Positions 1 through 11,867 of a DNA stretch of 64,000 nt are shown one piece after another. The notes below the pieces were generated by a model, which saw nothing but the letters and a program-made list of their open reading frames with translations, was not told the origin of the DNA and made no database searches. The number at the start of each line of letters is the position of its first letter. Position 1 is the first letter of the stretch. The stretch is from Eutreptiella sp. 'Long Island Sound 2002' (Eukaryota > Protista > Euglenida), in the NCBI GenBank assembly GCA_964036045.1, contig OZ038379.1, forward strand, positions 71,052,001 to 71,116,000, read 5' to 3'. A program made the position numbers and the translations under genes.

Positions 1-3000
1 TCGTCCCCCCAGTGAGTTGCCTAGCAAACCAACATGTCCCTGAGAGGCTGAGAGGCACCACACCACATGCAAAGAGTTTCAAGACCAACAATGTGACCAC
101 TGCAGACATGTTGTCCTCACAAAAGTTATCCCTAAGGCTTCAAACTTTCATTTTCACACCAATATGACTTGTTTTTTCGGAAAATTGGGCCGTAGTCTTT
201 TTTGTCAGGCAATAAACCATTCTTTCCTCCCCCCGGTGAGATGCCGGGCAAACAAACGTGTTCCTCAAAGGTTGAGAGGCACCACACCACATGCAAGCAG
301 TTTCACGACCAACAAGGTCACCCCTTCAGAGATGTTGGTCTCACAACATTGATCCGTGAGGTTGCCCTCACGTTTCAAAATGTCATTATTGCCCAATTTT
401 CACTTGTTTTCTTCAAAAAAATGGGGTAGGTTTTCGGTTGGGAAAAAAACTATTGTGTCGTCCCCCCGGTGAGTTGCTTGGCAAACAAATGTGTTCCTCA
501 AAGGTTGGCAGGCACCACACCACATGCAAAGAGTGTCAAAGCCAACGGTGTCACCACTGCAGACATGTTGTCCTCATAACACTGATCCCTGAGGCTTGGA
601 ACTATCATTTTTGCCCCAACTTCACTTGTTCTTTGCAGAAAAATGGGCTGCAGTCCTTTTTGCTACGCACGAAACCATTGTGTCGTCCTCACGGTGAGTT
701 GCTAGGTAAACAAACGTGTTCCTCAAAGGCTCAAAGGCACCTGGCCAAATGGAAAGAGATTCAAGACCAACACTGTCACCACTTTAGAGATGTTGTCCTC
801 ACAACATTAATGTCTCGGGCTTAAAACTGTCATTTTTGCCCCATTTTCACCTGTTTTCTTCGAAAAATGGGCTTTGGTCCTTTCCATTGGGCCATGACTC
901 ATTTTGTTGTCCCCACGGTGAGTTGCCGGACATATAAACGTGTTCGTGAAAGCTTGAGAGGCACCGCACCACATGCCAAGAGTTTCAAGACCAACAGCGT
1001 CACCACTTCACAGGTGTTGTCCTCGCAACATTGATCCCTCAGGCTTCAAGCTGTCATTTTTGGGCCATTTTTGGTCGTTTTCTTCACAAAAAAAGGGGGG
1101 GTGCGGTCCTTTCCGCTAGGCATTTTTGCCTCAGTTTCACTTGTTCTTTTCAGAAAAATGGGCTGCGGTCCTTTTTGCTACGCACGAAACCATTGTGTCG
1201 TCCTCACGGTGAGTTGCTAGGTAAACAAACGTGTTCCTCAAAGGCTCAAAGGCACCTCACCAAATGGAAAGAGATTCAAGACCAACACTGTCACCACTTT
1301 AGAGATGTTGTCCTCACAACATTAATGTCTCAAGCTTAAAACTGTCATTTTTGCCCCATTTTCACTTGTTTTCTTCGAAAAATGGGCTTTGGTCCTTTCC
1401 ATTGGGCCGTGACTCATTTTGTTGTCCCCACGGTGAGTTGCCGGACATATAAACGTGTTCGTGAAAGCTTGAGAGGCACCGCACCACATGCCAAGAGTTT
1501 CAAGACCAACAGCGTCAGCACTTCACAGGTGTTGTCCTCACGACATTGATCCCTCGGGCTTCAAACTGTCATTTTTGCCCCATTTTCACTTGTTTTCATC
1601 GGAAAAATGGCCAGCAGTCCTTTCCGCTAGAAACTAAACTAATTGGTCGTCCCCCCAGTGAGTTGCCTAGCAAACCAACATGTCCCTGAGAGGCTGAGAG
1701 GCACCACACCACATGCAAAGAGTTTCAAGACCAACAATGTGACCACTGCAGACATGTTGTCCTCACAAAAGTTATCCCTAAGGCTTCAAACTTTCATTTT
1801 CACGCCAATATGACTTGTTTTTTCGGAAAATTGGGCCGTAGTCTTTTTTGTCAGGCAATAAACCATTCTTTCCTCCCCCCGGTGAGATGCCGGGCAAACA
1901 AACGTGTTCCTCAAAGGTTGAGAGGCACCACACCACATGCAAGCAGTTTCACGACCAACAAGGTCACCCCTTCAGAGATGTTGGTCTCACAACATTGATC
2001 CGTGAGGTTGCCCTCACGTTTCAAAATGTCATTATTGCCCAATTTTCACTTGTTTTCTTCAAAAAAATGGGGTAGGTTTTCGGTTGGGAAAAAAACTATT
2101 GTGTCGTCCCCCCGGTGAGTTGCTTGGCAAACAAATGTGTTCCTCAAAGGTTGGCAGGCACCACACCACATGCAAAGAGTGTCAAAGCCAACGGTGTCAC
2201 CACTGCAGACATGTTGTCCTCATAACACTGATCCCTGAGGCTTGGAACTATCATTTTTGCCCCAACTTCACTTGTTCTTTGCAGAAAAATGGGCTGCAGT
2301 CCTTTTTGCTACGCACTAAACCATTGTGTCGTCCTCGCTGTGAGTTGCTAGGTAAACAAACATGTTCCTCAAAAGCTCAAGGGCACCTCACCACGTGGAA
2401 AGAGATTCAAGACCAACGGTGTGACCACTTTGGAGATGTTGTCCTCACGACATTAATGTCTCCATCTTCAAATTGTCATTTTTACCCCATTTTCACTTGC
2501 TTTCTTCGAAAAAATGGGTTGTGGTCCTTTCCATTGGGCCGTGACCCATTTTGTTGTCCCCCCGGTGAGTTGCCGGGCAAACAAACATGTTCCTCAAAGA
2601 TTGAGGGACACCGCACCACATTCGAACAGTTTCAAGACCAACAGCGTCACCACTGCACACATGTTGTCCTCACAACAGTTATCCCTAAGGTTGACAACAT
2701 TGATCTCTGAGGCTTCAAGCTGTCAATTTTGCCCGATTTTCACTTGTTTTCTTCAAAGAAAAAATGGGCTGTGGTCCTTTCCGCGAGAGGTCCTTTCCGC
2801 GAGGCACTAAACCATTGTGTGGTCCCCCCGGTGAGTTGCTAGGCAAACAATCGCGTTCCTCAAAGGCTAAGAGGCACCACACCACATGCAAAGAGTATCA
2901 AGACCAAGAGTGTCACCACTGCACACATGTTGTCCTCAAAACAGTGATCACTGAGGCTTCGAACTATCATTTTTGCCCAATTGTCACTTGTTTCCTTCGG

Positions 3001-5120
3001 AAAAATTGGCTGCGGTCCTTCCCGCGAGGCAGGAAACCATTGTGTCGTCCCCCCACCGGGTTACTAGGCAAACCATCGTGTTCCTCAAAGGGTGAGAGAC
3101 ACCACACAACATTCAAAGAGTATCAAGACCAAGAGTGTCAGCACTGCAAACATGTTGTCCACACAACACTAATCCCTGAGGCTTCAAAATGTCAATTTTG
3201 CCCCAATTTCTGTTGTTCCTTTCAGAAAAATGGGGTACGGTCCTTTCCGCGAGGCACTAAACCATTGTGTCCTCACCACGGTGAGTTGTGGGGTAAATAA
3301 ACGTTTTCATCAAAGGCTGCGAGGCACCTCACCACATGCCAAGAGATTGAAGATCAACCTTGTCACGACTTGAGAGATGTTGTCCTCACAACATTCATGT
3401 CTCGGTCTTCAAGCTGTCATTTTGACCCCGGTTTCACTTGTTTTCTTCAGAAAAATGGGCTGCGGTTATTTCGCGAGGCACTAAAACATTGTGTCGTCCT
3501 TGCGTCAAGTTGCTAGACAAACAAACCTGTTCCTCAAAGGCTGAGAGGCATCGCACCACATGCAAACAAATTCAAGACCAACAATGTCACCCCTTCTCAG
3601 ATGTTGATCTCACAACATTGATCCCTCAGGCTTCAAATTGTCACTTTTCCCCCATTTTCATTTGTTTTCTTCGGTAAAATGCCCAATTGTCCTTTCCGCC
3701 ATTGGGTCGTGCCCCCTCTAAGTTGCCTGGCAAACAAACGCGTTACTCAAAATTTGGCAGGCACCGCACCACATGCAAAGAGTTTCAAGACCATTGTGTC
3801 ACCCGTTCAAAAATGTTATCCTCACAACATTGTTCCCTTGGGCTTCTTGCCCCGTTATCACTTACTTTCTTCGGTAAAATGGCCCGCGGTCCTTTCCGCT
3901 AGGAACTAAACGATTGGGTTGTCCCCCCGTGAGTTGCCTGGCAAACAAACATGTTCCTCAAAGTTTGGCAGGCACCACACCACATGCAACGAGTTTCAAT
4001 ACCAATAGTGTCACCATTACAACATGTTGCCCTCACAACAGAGATGCCTAAGGCTTCAAACTCTCATTTTTACAGCAATTTCAGTTGTTTTTTTTTCGGA
4101 AAAATGGGTTGCGGTCTTTTTTGCTAGGCACTAAACCATTGTGTCGTCCCCCAGTGAGTTGCTCGGCAAACAAACCTGTTCCTCAAAGGCTGAGAGGCAC
4201 CGCACCACATGCAAAGAGTTTCAAGACCAACAGTGCCACCAGTGCAGAGATGTTGGTCTGACAACATTGATCCCTCAGGCCTCAAGCTGTTATTTTTGCC
4301 GCATTTTCACTTGTTTTCTTCGGAAAAATGGGATGCGGTCCTTTCCGCTAGGCACTAAACCATTGTGTCACCCCCCCGGTGAGTTGCTAAGCAAACAATC
4401 GTGTTGATCAAAGACCGAGAGGCAGCACACCACATGCAAACAGCTTTCCACACCAACAGTGTCGCCACTTTAGAGATGTGGTTCTCACAACATTGATCCC
4501 TCCGGCTTCAAACGGTTGTCTTCCGCCCATTCATTTGTTTTCTTTGGAAAAATGGGCTGCGGTCCTTTCCGCGAGGCACTAAACCATTGTGTCGTCCCGC
4601 GGTGAGTGGCTAGGCAAACAATCGTGTTCCTCAAATGCTGAGATGCACCACACCGCACGCAAAGAGTATCAACACCAAGAGTGTCACCACTGCAGACATG
4701 CTGTCCTCACAACACTGATCCGTGAGGCTTCCAATTGTCATTTTTGCCCCAATTTAAGTTGTTCTTTTCAGACAAATGGGTTGCCGTCCTTTCCGCGAGG
4801 CACTAAACATTGTGTTGTCCCCACGGTGAGTTGTGGGGTAAACAAACGCTTTCCTCAAAGGCTGAGAGGTACGTCACCACATGCAAAGACATTCAAAACC
4901 AACAGTGTCACCACTTCAGAGATGTTGTCCTCACAATATTCATGTCTTAGTCTTCAAGATGTCATTTTGACCCCATTTTCACTTGTTTTCTTCGGAAAAA
5001 TGGCTTGTGGTCCTTTCCGTTGGCCCGTGACCCGTTGTGTTTTCCCCCGGTGAGGTGCTAGTCAAACAAACGTGTACTTCAAAGGCTAAGAAGTACCGCA
5101 CCACATGCAAAGAGTTTCAA
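1..5120 (+). repeat. ~224-bp satellite array, block 1 (~22 monomers)
   Basis: The monomer core ccccccggtgagttgctaggcaaacaaacgtgttcctcaaaggctgagaggcacc...gatgttgtcctcacaacattgatccctcaggcttcaaactgtcatttttgccccattttcacttg recurs with GTGAG at 12, 236, 469 and 694 (periods 224, 233, 225). Monomers are visibly diverged. Confidence 0.97.
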
Positions 5121-5982
5121 TGTGAAAATTGACCCTCTGGGGCCTCATCCCACACCTCCCACACAACCCTATCCTCGTCCACCCCGTTGGCCAGACCGCA
5201 ATGCTCTACCACATGGCAACCAGTGATCACCGCATGCCGGGGGTCAAGCACCCTACCGACCACCTCATCCGCAAGAGCATCGTTTATGATGACACGGTAT
5301 GCCACATGGTAGATCATTAGAAAGGACAGGGGGGGAAAGACGATATTGCACAATGAAACCTTCTTGCTATGCTTCTTTACCTCTGAGGATGCGAACCACC
5401 CGTGTACCATTGCCCAATCCCAGTTCATTTCATGAATAACCTATTCAGGGTGCCCCGAAAGCGCTGAGTTAAGGCTATGGTACATTTTGCGGAGTCGTTC
5501 CTCCGCCGGATCGTCGAAGGCGCGGTCACCTGCGTACTGACCAGGGGGGGGGGGGGATGAATTTGGATGTGGCGATAGCGAATCCCGAAACTCAGTTCAT
5601 GTTTGGATGGTTCGGTGTTTCCGACTTATTGGCGAGTGGTCTTGTCCTTCACATTGAATCGCCGACCCATTTCTGTGGCTACGGCTGTGTCACCCGGCTT
5701 ACGCTTGAGATGATCGGGCAGCATTCTGTCCACGAAGACCCCAATCATTTTTGGCTCCAGATAGCACATGGGGCGGTGGCTGAAACAAAGGACATCCGGC
5801 GCATGTTGCATTGATGCCAGCAAATGAGCGGGGGAGGGGGCCTCTGTGGGGGGTGCATCTGCATCCACATTCTCCAGATCAAATACCCCTCCTTCTGGCA
5901 CCCCGTTAACCACGACGGCTGGTGCTGGTGCTAGCTCCATGAGGCAGGCAACCACACGAATCTGAGGAGGAAGGGCGTACAT
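5117..5982 (-). pseudogene. Degenerate ORF-U, copy 1 (unknown family, homologous to 42527-43543)
   Basis: Frame-broken pieces DADAPPTEAP..SMQHAPDVLCFSHRP..EPKM..VGNTEPSKHE and YRVIINDA..AVITGCHVV..WEVWDEAPEG align by eye with the 42.5-43.5 kb ORFs. Confidence 0.7.
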
Positions 5983-6003
5983 GCTGCGAGGATAGGGTAA
6001 CCT

Positions 6004-7114
6004 TTAGCTGCTGGGAGCTGCAGCAGGCGGCACCACCACCCGTGTCAGTGGCCTGGGGCGCTTCGTGCGACCGTGGGAGGGCCCGTTTGCTTGTGGTCCG
6101 CAAGGGCATTGATACTCACCGGGTTCACAAGGCCCAGGTCCCATATACTCGAACGTGAAGGGTTGTGATTTGTTGCTTGCGCTACCATCGGGGCCCGCAT
6201 CAGACATGGTGCACTGCAGAGCATGACACATGCAACCAGGTCAAGCTGCAGCTGCAAACGACAAACCTAGGGGCACCGTACGTACGTGCGTTGCACTGCT
6301 CGGCGGTCTCCTTGCTGCAGGGTTGACCGGGGGGGAGGAAATCCCCGGCGCGGGTATGGGCGCCACCGATTGGAAAATCGGGGAGCGGGGAGCGGGGCTG
6401 GGGGCGTGGGTGGGCGCAGCTCCCCTCTCTGCATCTGCGGGGGGGTGCGGCTCCCTTCACAGGTGGGCTTGGAGAACAGGGCACGTCGAGTGGGGGGTGG
6501 GGGCGGAGGGGGTGGCGGAGGGGGGGCCGTTGTAGGCCGCATAGGCAGTAGGGAAACCCGTCGGTGCTAAACCATATCCGGCAACGCTGCCTGACCATGG
6601 GGAGGTGCAAGGTGGCATATGGCAGGCTGCACAGGCAGCAAAGAAGTCCGGGGCTTTGGGGCTTGGGTCGCCCGAGCTATGAGCCTCACACGCTCTAGCG
6701 AGCGGTTGAGAAACTGCAAACGGCTGAGGCGCTGGCCGCGCTGCCACATCTGCATCTGGCCATGACGGCGCAGGGCAAACGCGTAGCGTGACCATCCCAT
6801 GTGGAACTGACTGTCCAGCTCCGGCAGGGTTAACCGTAGGAGCTGTTCAGTCCGGGGAGTAAGGGGGTCACTAGCCGAGACTAGGGGCGGGGTGGGGACA
6901 TGTGCGGGGGCGAATTTCAGGGGGAGGGCTACGTAGTTGGGAAGGTGGTGTTGGAGGGGAAACCGCATGGGGCACAAAGGGTGTGGGTCACGGAGTCTGG
7001 GGTGATGGGGGGGATGGGGGGGTGGGCAGGGATGTCCCAGTCAGAGGCTGGGGTTGGGGTGCTGGGGGTGATGGTGGTGACAACCAATTGGGCAATTGTT
7101 GGTGAAACATCCAT
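6004..7114 (-). pseudogene. Degenerate proline-rich hypothetical ORF in element F
   Basis: Overlapping minus-strand ORF pieces (6929-7114, 6567-6977, 6267-6542, 6004-6231) with poly-Pro tracts, same strand as and upstream of ORF-U. No family recognised. Confidence 0.3.
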
Positions 7115-7213
7115 TCCATAGCGGTGAGGACAAGAGACTCATACAGATCACTCACGGGCTGGGCATGCGAAATGAGGCAAACATAAATTGCACTTGCTAC
7201 AGCTTAAACATCT

Positions 7214-8402
7214 CTAAATGCTGATGGTCTCACACCTCGAAGTGGGCTCCGGGAGAGTGCAATATTAAACTGCGGATGCAAAACGCGTCCTCAGAGGGTC
7301 TAGTTCCTACCTGCTGATGGCCTCACACCTGAAGAGGGGTTCCCATACTGTTTAATTTCTAATTGCTGATAGTCTCAGGCTGCCAGAATGGTCCGTATCC
7401 CCAGCGCCATAAAATGGTACAAAATCAAGGCGAGTCCCCACAGAGTTTAAATTCCAACTGCAGATAGTCTCACACCTCCAAACAAGTGCCCAGGGAGTTT
7501 GATTCCTATCTGCTGATGGTCTCACACCTCACAGCGGGTTCCTAGTGAGTTTAATCTCTAAATGCTGATGGTCTCACAGCTCCAGGCAGGTCCCCCGAGA
7601 GTTTCAATTGCAACTGCAGATACTGTCACACCTCCGAACGGGTTCTCAGGGAGTTTGATTCCTAACAGCTGATAGTCTCACACCTCCAAACACGTGCCAC
7701 TGGAGTTTGACTCCTATCTGCTGATGGTCTCACACCTCAAAACGGGTTCCTAGTGAGTTTAATTTCCAACTGCTGATGGTGTGACACCTCCAAGCAGGTC
7801 CCCTGAGAGTTTAAATTCCAACCGCACGTCTCACACCTCAAAGCAGGTGTCCAGACCCTGAAATTTCTAACTGCTCATGGTCTCACACCTCAAAACACGT
7901 GGCGAGACCCTGAAATTTCTAACTGCTGATGGTCTCACACCTCAAAATAAGTGCCCAGACCCTGAAATTTCTAACTGTTGATGGTCTCACACCTCAAAAC
8001 AGGTGCCCAGACCTTAAAAATTCGAGCTGCTGATGGTGTCACACCTCAAAACAGGTGCCCACACCTTAAAATTTTGGAACTGCTGATGGTGCCACACCTC
8101 AAAACAGGTGCCCAGACCTTAAAATTTCGAACTGCTGATGGTCTCGCACCTCAAAACAGGTGCCCAAACCCTGAAATTTCTGATTGCTGATGGTCTCACA
8201 CCTCAAAATAGGTGCCAAACCCTGAAATTTCTAACTGCTGATGGTCTCACACCTCAAAACAGGTGTCCAGGCCCTGAAAATTCTACCTGCCGATGGTCTC
8301 ACACCTCAAAACAGGTGCCCAGACCCTGAAATTTCTAACTGATGATGGTGTCACACCTCAAAACAGGTGCCCAGACCCTAAAATTTCTAACTGCTGATGG
8401 TG
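7214..8402 (+). repeat. 52-bp minisatellite (~22 units, more degenerate toward the left)
   Basis: Unit ctgctgatggtctcacacctcaaaacaggtgcccagaccctgaaatttctaa; successive starts at 7923 and 7975. Confidence 0.95.
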
Positions 8403-8778
8403 ATGAGACGATTTATGTCCGAAAACAAAGCAGTGCAGGAGCACTACAAGAGCACCAACACCAAATCTGAACATCGTGGTGTCACCCAACCAAAAGTGAG
8501 TACAAAAAAAACAGTTGCCCTCAAAAAACGGAAACTTGATTACAATGCGGCAGAGGCATCGCAAAGCTTTGCACAGTCCCACATATGACAGCAAGCTGTG
8601 CACCATGACAGTTTGCAGAAACAACAATTAAAAAGTATAAACCCGATAAACAATCGAAATCAACCCTCCCCTAATCGTATCCAAAAATGGCTGTAAATAC
8701 CCCTGATCCAGCAGCAACAACCCTGTTAACCCTCACTGACCCCGCATTGTTCGGGAACCCTGGGAGCCGTTGTAGATC

Positions 8779-9768
8779 TCAATACTGTACAAAAGGATGC
8801 GTTGACGACTCAAGGATGAGGCTGAGCCGCAGCGCGCCGACCCGCCAACCACCCGCCAACGCTCTCAACACCTGCCAAGCATAATGGACACAACCCCACA
8901 ATCCCCACTCAGTGGGATGGATGCGCCGGAGAGTGTCGGGTTCCCTCTCCGTGGCGACAATGTCACTGCAGGAGGGGCAAAGGACCCACCACAGGTCTGT
9001 AACCACCGGCAACAACGTCCACAAGGCTGCCACAACTCGCCCCACCAAATGGTGCATCACCGCCCCCTCCCCCGCCGCCGTATTATCCCACAGCTGCCCC
9101 TTGTAGGACAGGCCCACCGCATGACCCCGACCGGCCGAGTTGCGCCCCTCGAAGAGCACCAGGCGCTTGTGGGGATTGGCCACCCACACCTCCGGCAGCG
9201 GCAGCCCCTGGTCGCCTTGGGGATAGCGAGTGAGGGGCTGCAATCCCCATAGCGCACCCAACTAGCGCCGCCAAAGCTGGGCCCGGGACTGCTGGTACTG
9301 CGTGGGGCGCTGCGCACGGGCGCACAGAAATGCGGACAACGGGTACTGCCAGCCGAAGGTGACCCACAACGTGGCGCCCTTGATGCCCAGGTCCGGCACA
9401 GCCCCGGGCACAAGCACAGCTTGCATCCACATGCGTGAATCGGTGAGGCGCAACGCGGCGTCCGGGGTGTGGCGCAGCCCGTCCCAGCGACCGCCGAGCA
9501 GGTCGCACATGCAGACAGCATCCAGGGCAATGCGCTCCACGGGCGCAAGCAGGCAAACACGGCGCGCCGGCACAGCTCTGTCCCCGGTTTGCGGAAAGGC
9601 ACTCACGGCAACAGAACGCCTGCGGCGCATAACCGCAACCGTGAACCACCAAGCGGGCCTCGTGGGGTGCGCTAGTGGTTGGGCAACACCACGCCCCCTT
9701 CCACGCCCCCTTCCACGTCCACGTCCACGGGCCATGAGCAGACAAATCGCAATGGCAGAAACGCACAC
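8779..9768 (-). pseudogene. Degenerate hypothetical ORF with RG repeat, one in-frame stop
   Basis: ORFs 9262-9768 and 8779-9261 are in the same frame separated by one stop. Contains (RG)7 and the motif GRGHAVGLSYKGQLWDN. Confidence 0.45.
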
Positions 9769-10035
9769 GCACTAACTGCACAACTACGCAGCAGAATCCC
9801 CCTGCCAGAGGGAGCCATGCAACTGCCCCTCTGCACTAGGGCGCCAAGGGCCGGAGCCCTATTAGGGTATGGGGGTGGACACACCCTCCGGTTGGTGGAA
9901 AGGTTAAGCCGCAGGACCACAACGGGGGGAGAAAACCCGGGGCCAAAGTTCTATGTCTATCTGCTGATGGTTTGTTTGTCTATCTGTCTGTGTTGTGTCT
10001 GTGTTGTCTTTGTGTCTGTGCCTGTATCTGTGTAT

Positions 10036-10967
10036 TCAGGACTGCAACTATCAAAAGACCCGAACTAGCCCCTTTATCTGCTTTGGGGCACAGCACCAGG
10101 CAAATTCCAATATTTAAGACTGCAACAATCAAAGGACCCGAACTAGCCCCTTTATTTGCTTTTGGGCACAGCACCAGGCAAGTTCTAATACTCAGGACTG
10201 CAACAATCAAAGGGCCCGAACTAGCCCCCTTATCTGCTTTGGGGCACAGCACCAGGCAAATTCTAATACTCAGGACTGCAACCATCAAAGGACCCGAACT
10301 AGCCCCTTTATCTGCTTTGGGGCACAGCACCAGGCAAATTCCAATACTCAGGACTGCAACAATCAAAAGACCCGAACTAGCCCCTTTATCTGCTTTGGGG
10401 CACAACACCAGGCAAATTCTAATACTCAGGACTGCAACAATCAAAGGGCCCGAACTAGCCCCTTTATTTGCTTTTGGGCACAGCACCAGGCAAATTCTAA
10501 TACTCAGGACTGCAACAATCAAAGGGCCCGAACTAGCCCCCTTATCTGCTTTGGGGCACAGCACCAGGCAAATTCTAATACTCAGGACTGCAACCATCAA
10601 AGGACCCGAGCTAGCCCCTTTATCTGCTTTGGGGCACAGCACCAGGCAAATTCTAATACTCAGGACTGCAACAATCAAAAGACCCGAACTAGCCCCTTTA
10701 TCTGCTTTGGGGCACAACACCAGGCAAATTCTAATACTCAGGACTGCAACAATCAAAGAACACGAACTAGCCCCTTTATCTGCTTTGGGGCACAGCACCA
10801 GGCAAATTCTAATACTCAAGACTGCAACCATCAAAGGACCCGTACTAGCCCCTTTATCTGCTTTGGGGCACAGCACCAGGCAAGTTCTAATACTCACGAC
10901 TGCAACAATCAAAGAACCCGAACTAGCCCCTTTATTTGCTTTGGGGCACAGCAATAGTCAAATTCTG
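10036..10967 (+). repeat. 78-bp tandem array, 12 units, near-homogeneous
   Basis: Unit caggactgcaacaatcaaaggacccgaactagcccctttatctgctttggggcacagcaccaggcaaattctaatact; starts at 10042 and 10120; 12 TATIK repeats in the ORF track. Confidence 0.97.
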
Positions 10968-11541
10968 TGATAGCAAAGCAAGGCGGAGAATTAGGCATGA
11001 GACGCACAATGTCACACTCAGGAAATTGGGGGAAACTGGGGGGGTCCATTGGCATGGGGGGGGGGGGGGGTAGTGACTTTGCCGTGTGACATCCCTTTGT
11101 TTGCCTACAACTGAGTCACTCAACCCCCTCTACTGTTATGTTTGCGGTGCAAGACAGGCACAAAGGCAAGCAACAAAATGGCAGGCAGTCAACCGAAGGT
11201 GGAGTACATCCAACGCCGGCACCTACCTCAAATTCGCACAGTGTACAATCACATCCGGCCGGTTTGGGCGGATAGGGGACCTCAACATGCATGTCACTGA
11301 GCATAGTATCATTTGTTTCCATGGTCCCCCATCCCTCTAGTGCCATACCAATAGACACTTTCATCGGGCGCCTGGCAGTTAAGGGGCTCTCCGGTCAAAA
11401 AAAAACCTGCACACAGAGTGGGCAGTGCTGGCCAGGGAGGGGAAGGGTAGGGCAGGGCATGTGTGTGATCACCTGGTCATCGAATTGAAAAACAAAGGCT
11501 ACAAACCGGGTCCGGCAAGCAGCTTTTTCCGGGCCCTGTGT

Positions 11542-11867
11542 GCCAGCCAAGTCGCCCTGGGCATCGGAGCCGATATCGGGGGCTCCGTTGGAGGTGGATT
11601 TTCAGCCGAAAATTTTCGGGCTCCATGGGACCTGGGTGCCAGCCAAGTCGGCCTTGGCATCGGACCCGATATCGGGGGCTCCTCTGGAGATGGATTTTCA
11701 GCAGAAAATTTCCGGGCTCTATGGGACCAAACCAAAAAAGTTCCAACCGCCTTGTGGCATCCATTGCGGCAGCAAAAGGTATCCAAAAAAAAATAAATCG
11801 GGAGGAAAAGGTGTATGCTGATTCCGTGGTACGCCGATATTCTATGCTACCCTAGAGGCAGAATGTG
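11542..11867 (-). repeat. Subterminal 96-bp duplication with CCGATATCGG palindrome and putative right terminus of F
   Basis: gccagccaagtc starts at 11542 and 11638, and each unit contains ccgatatcgg. The terminus ttctatgcta-11nt-gaatgtg lies at 11840-11867. Confidence 0.65.

Larger units (their letters stand above)
5121..11867 (-). mobile_element. Element F: left-truncated composite DNA element related to element E; no transposase retained
   Basis: Non-satellite block between contiguous satellite flanks (tttcaa | agaccaac). Its right end gaatgtg (reverse complement CACATTC) plus a TAGCATAGAA box matches the left end of E. It shares the CCGATATCGG subterminal motif and an ORF family with E. 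Confidence 0.6.

Noticed and set aside
8779-9768. Restriction-like endonuclease of a non-LTR retrotransposon (VPDL word)
   Set aside because: No reverse-transcriptase motifs, CCHC knuckle or poly-A tail anywhere nearby.
7214-10967. 52-bp and 78-bp arrays (also the 149-bp and 191-bp arrays) as CRISPR arrays
   Set aside because: Units are contiguous with no unique spacers, there are no cas-like ORFs, and the context is eukaryotic.
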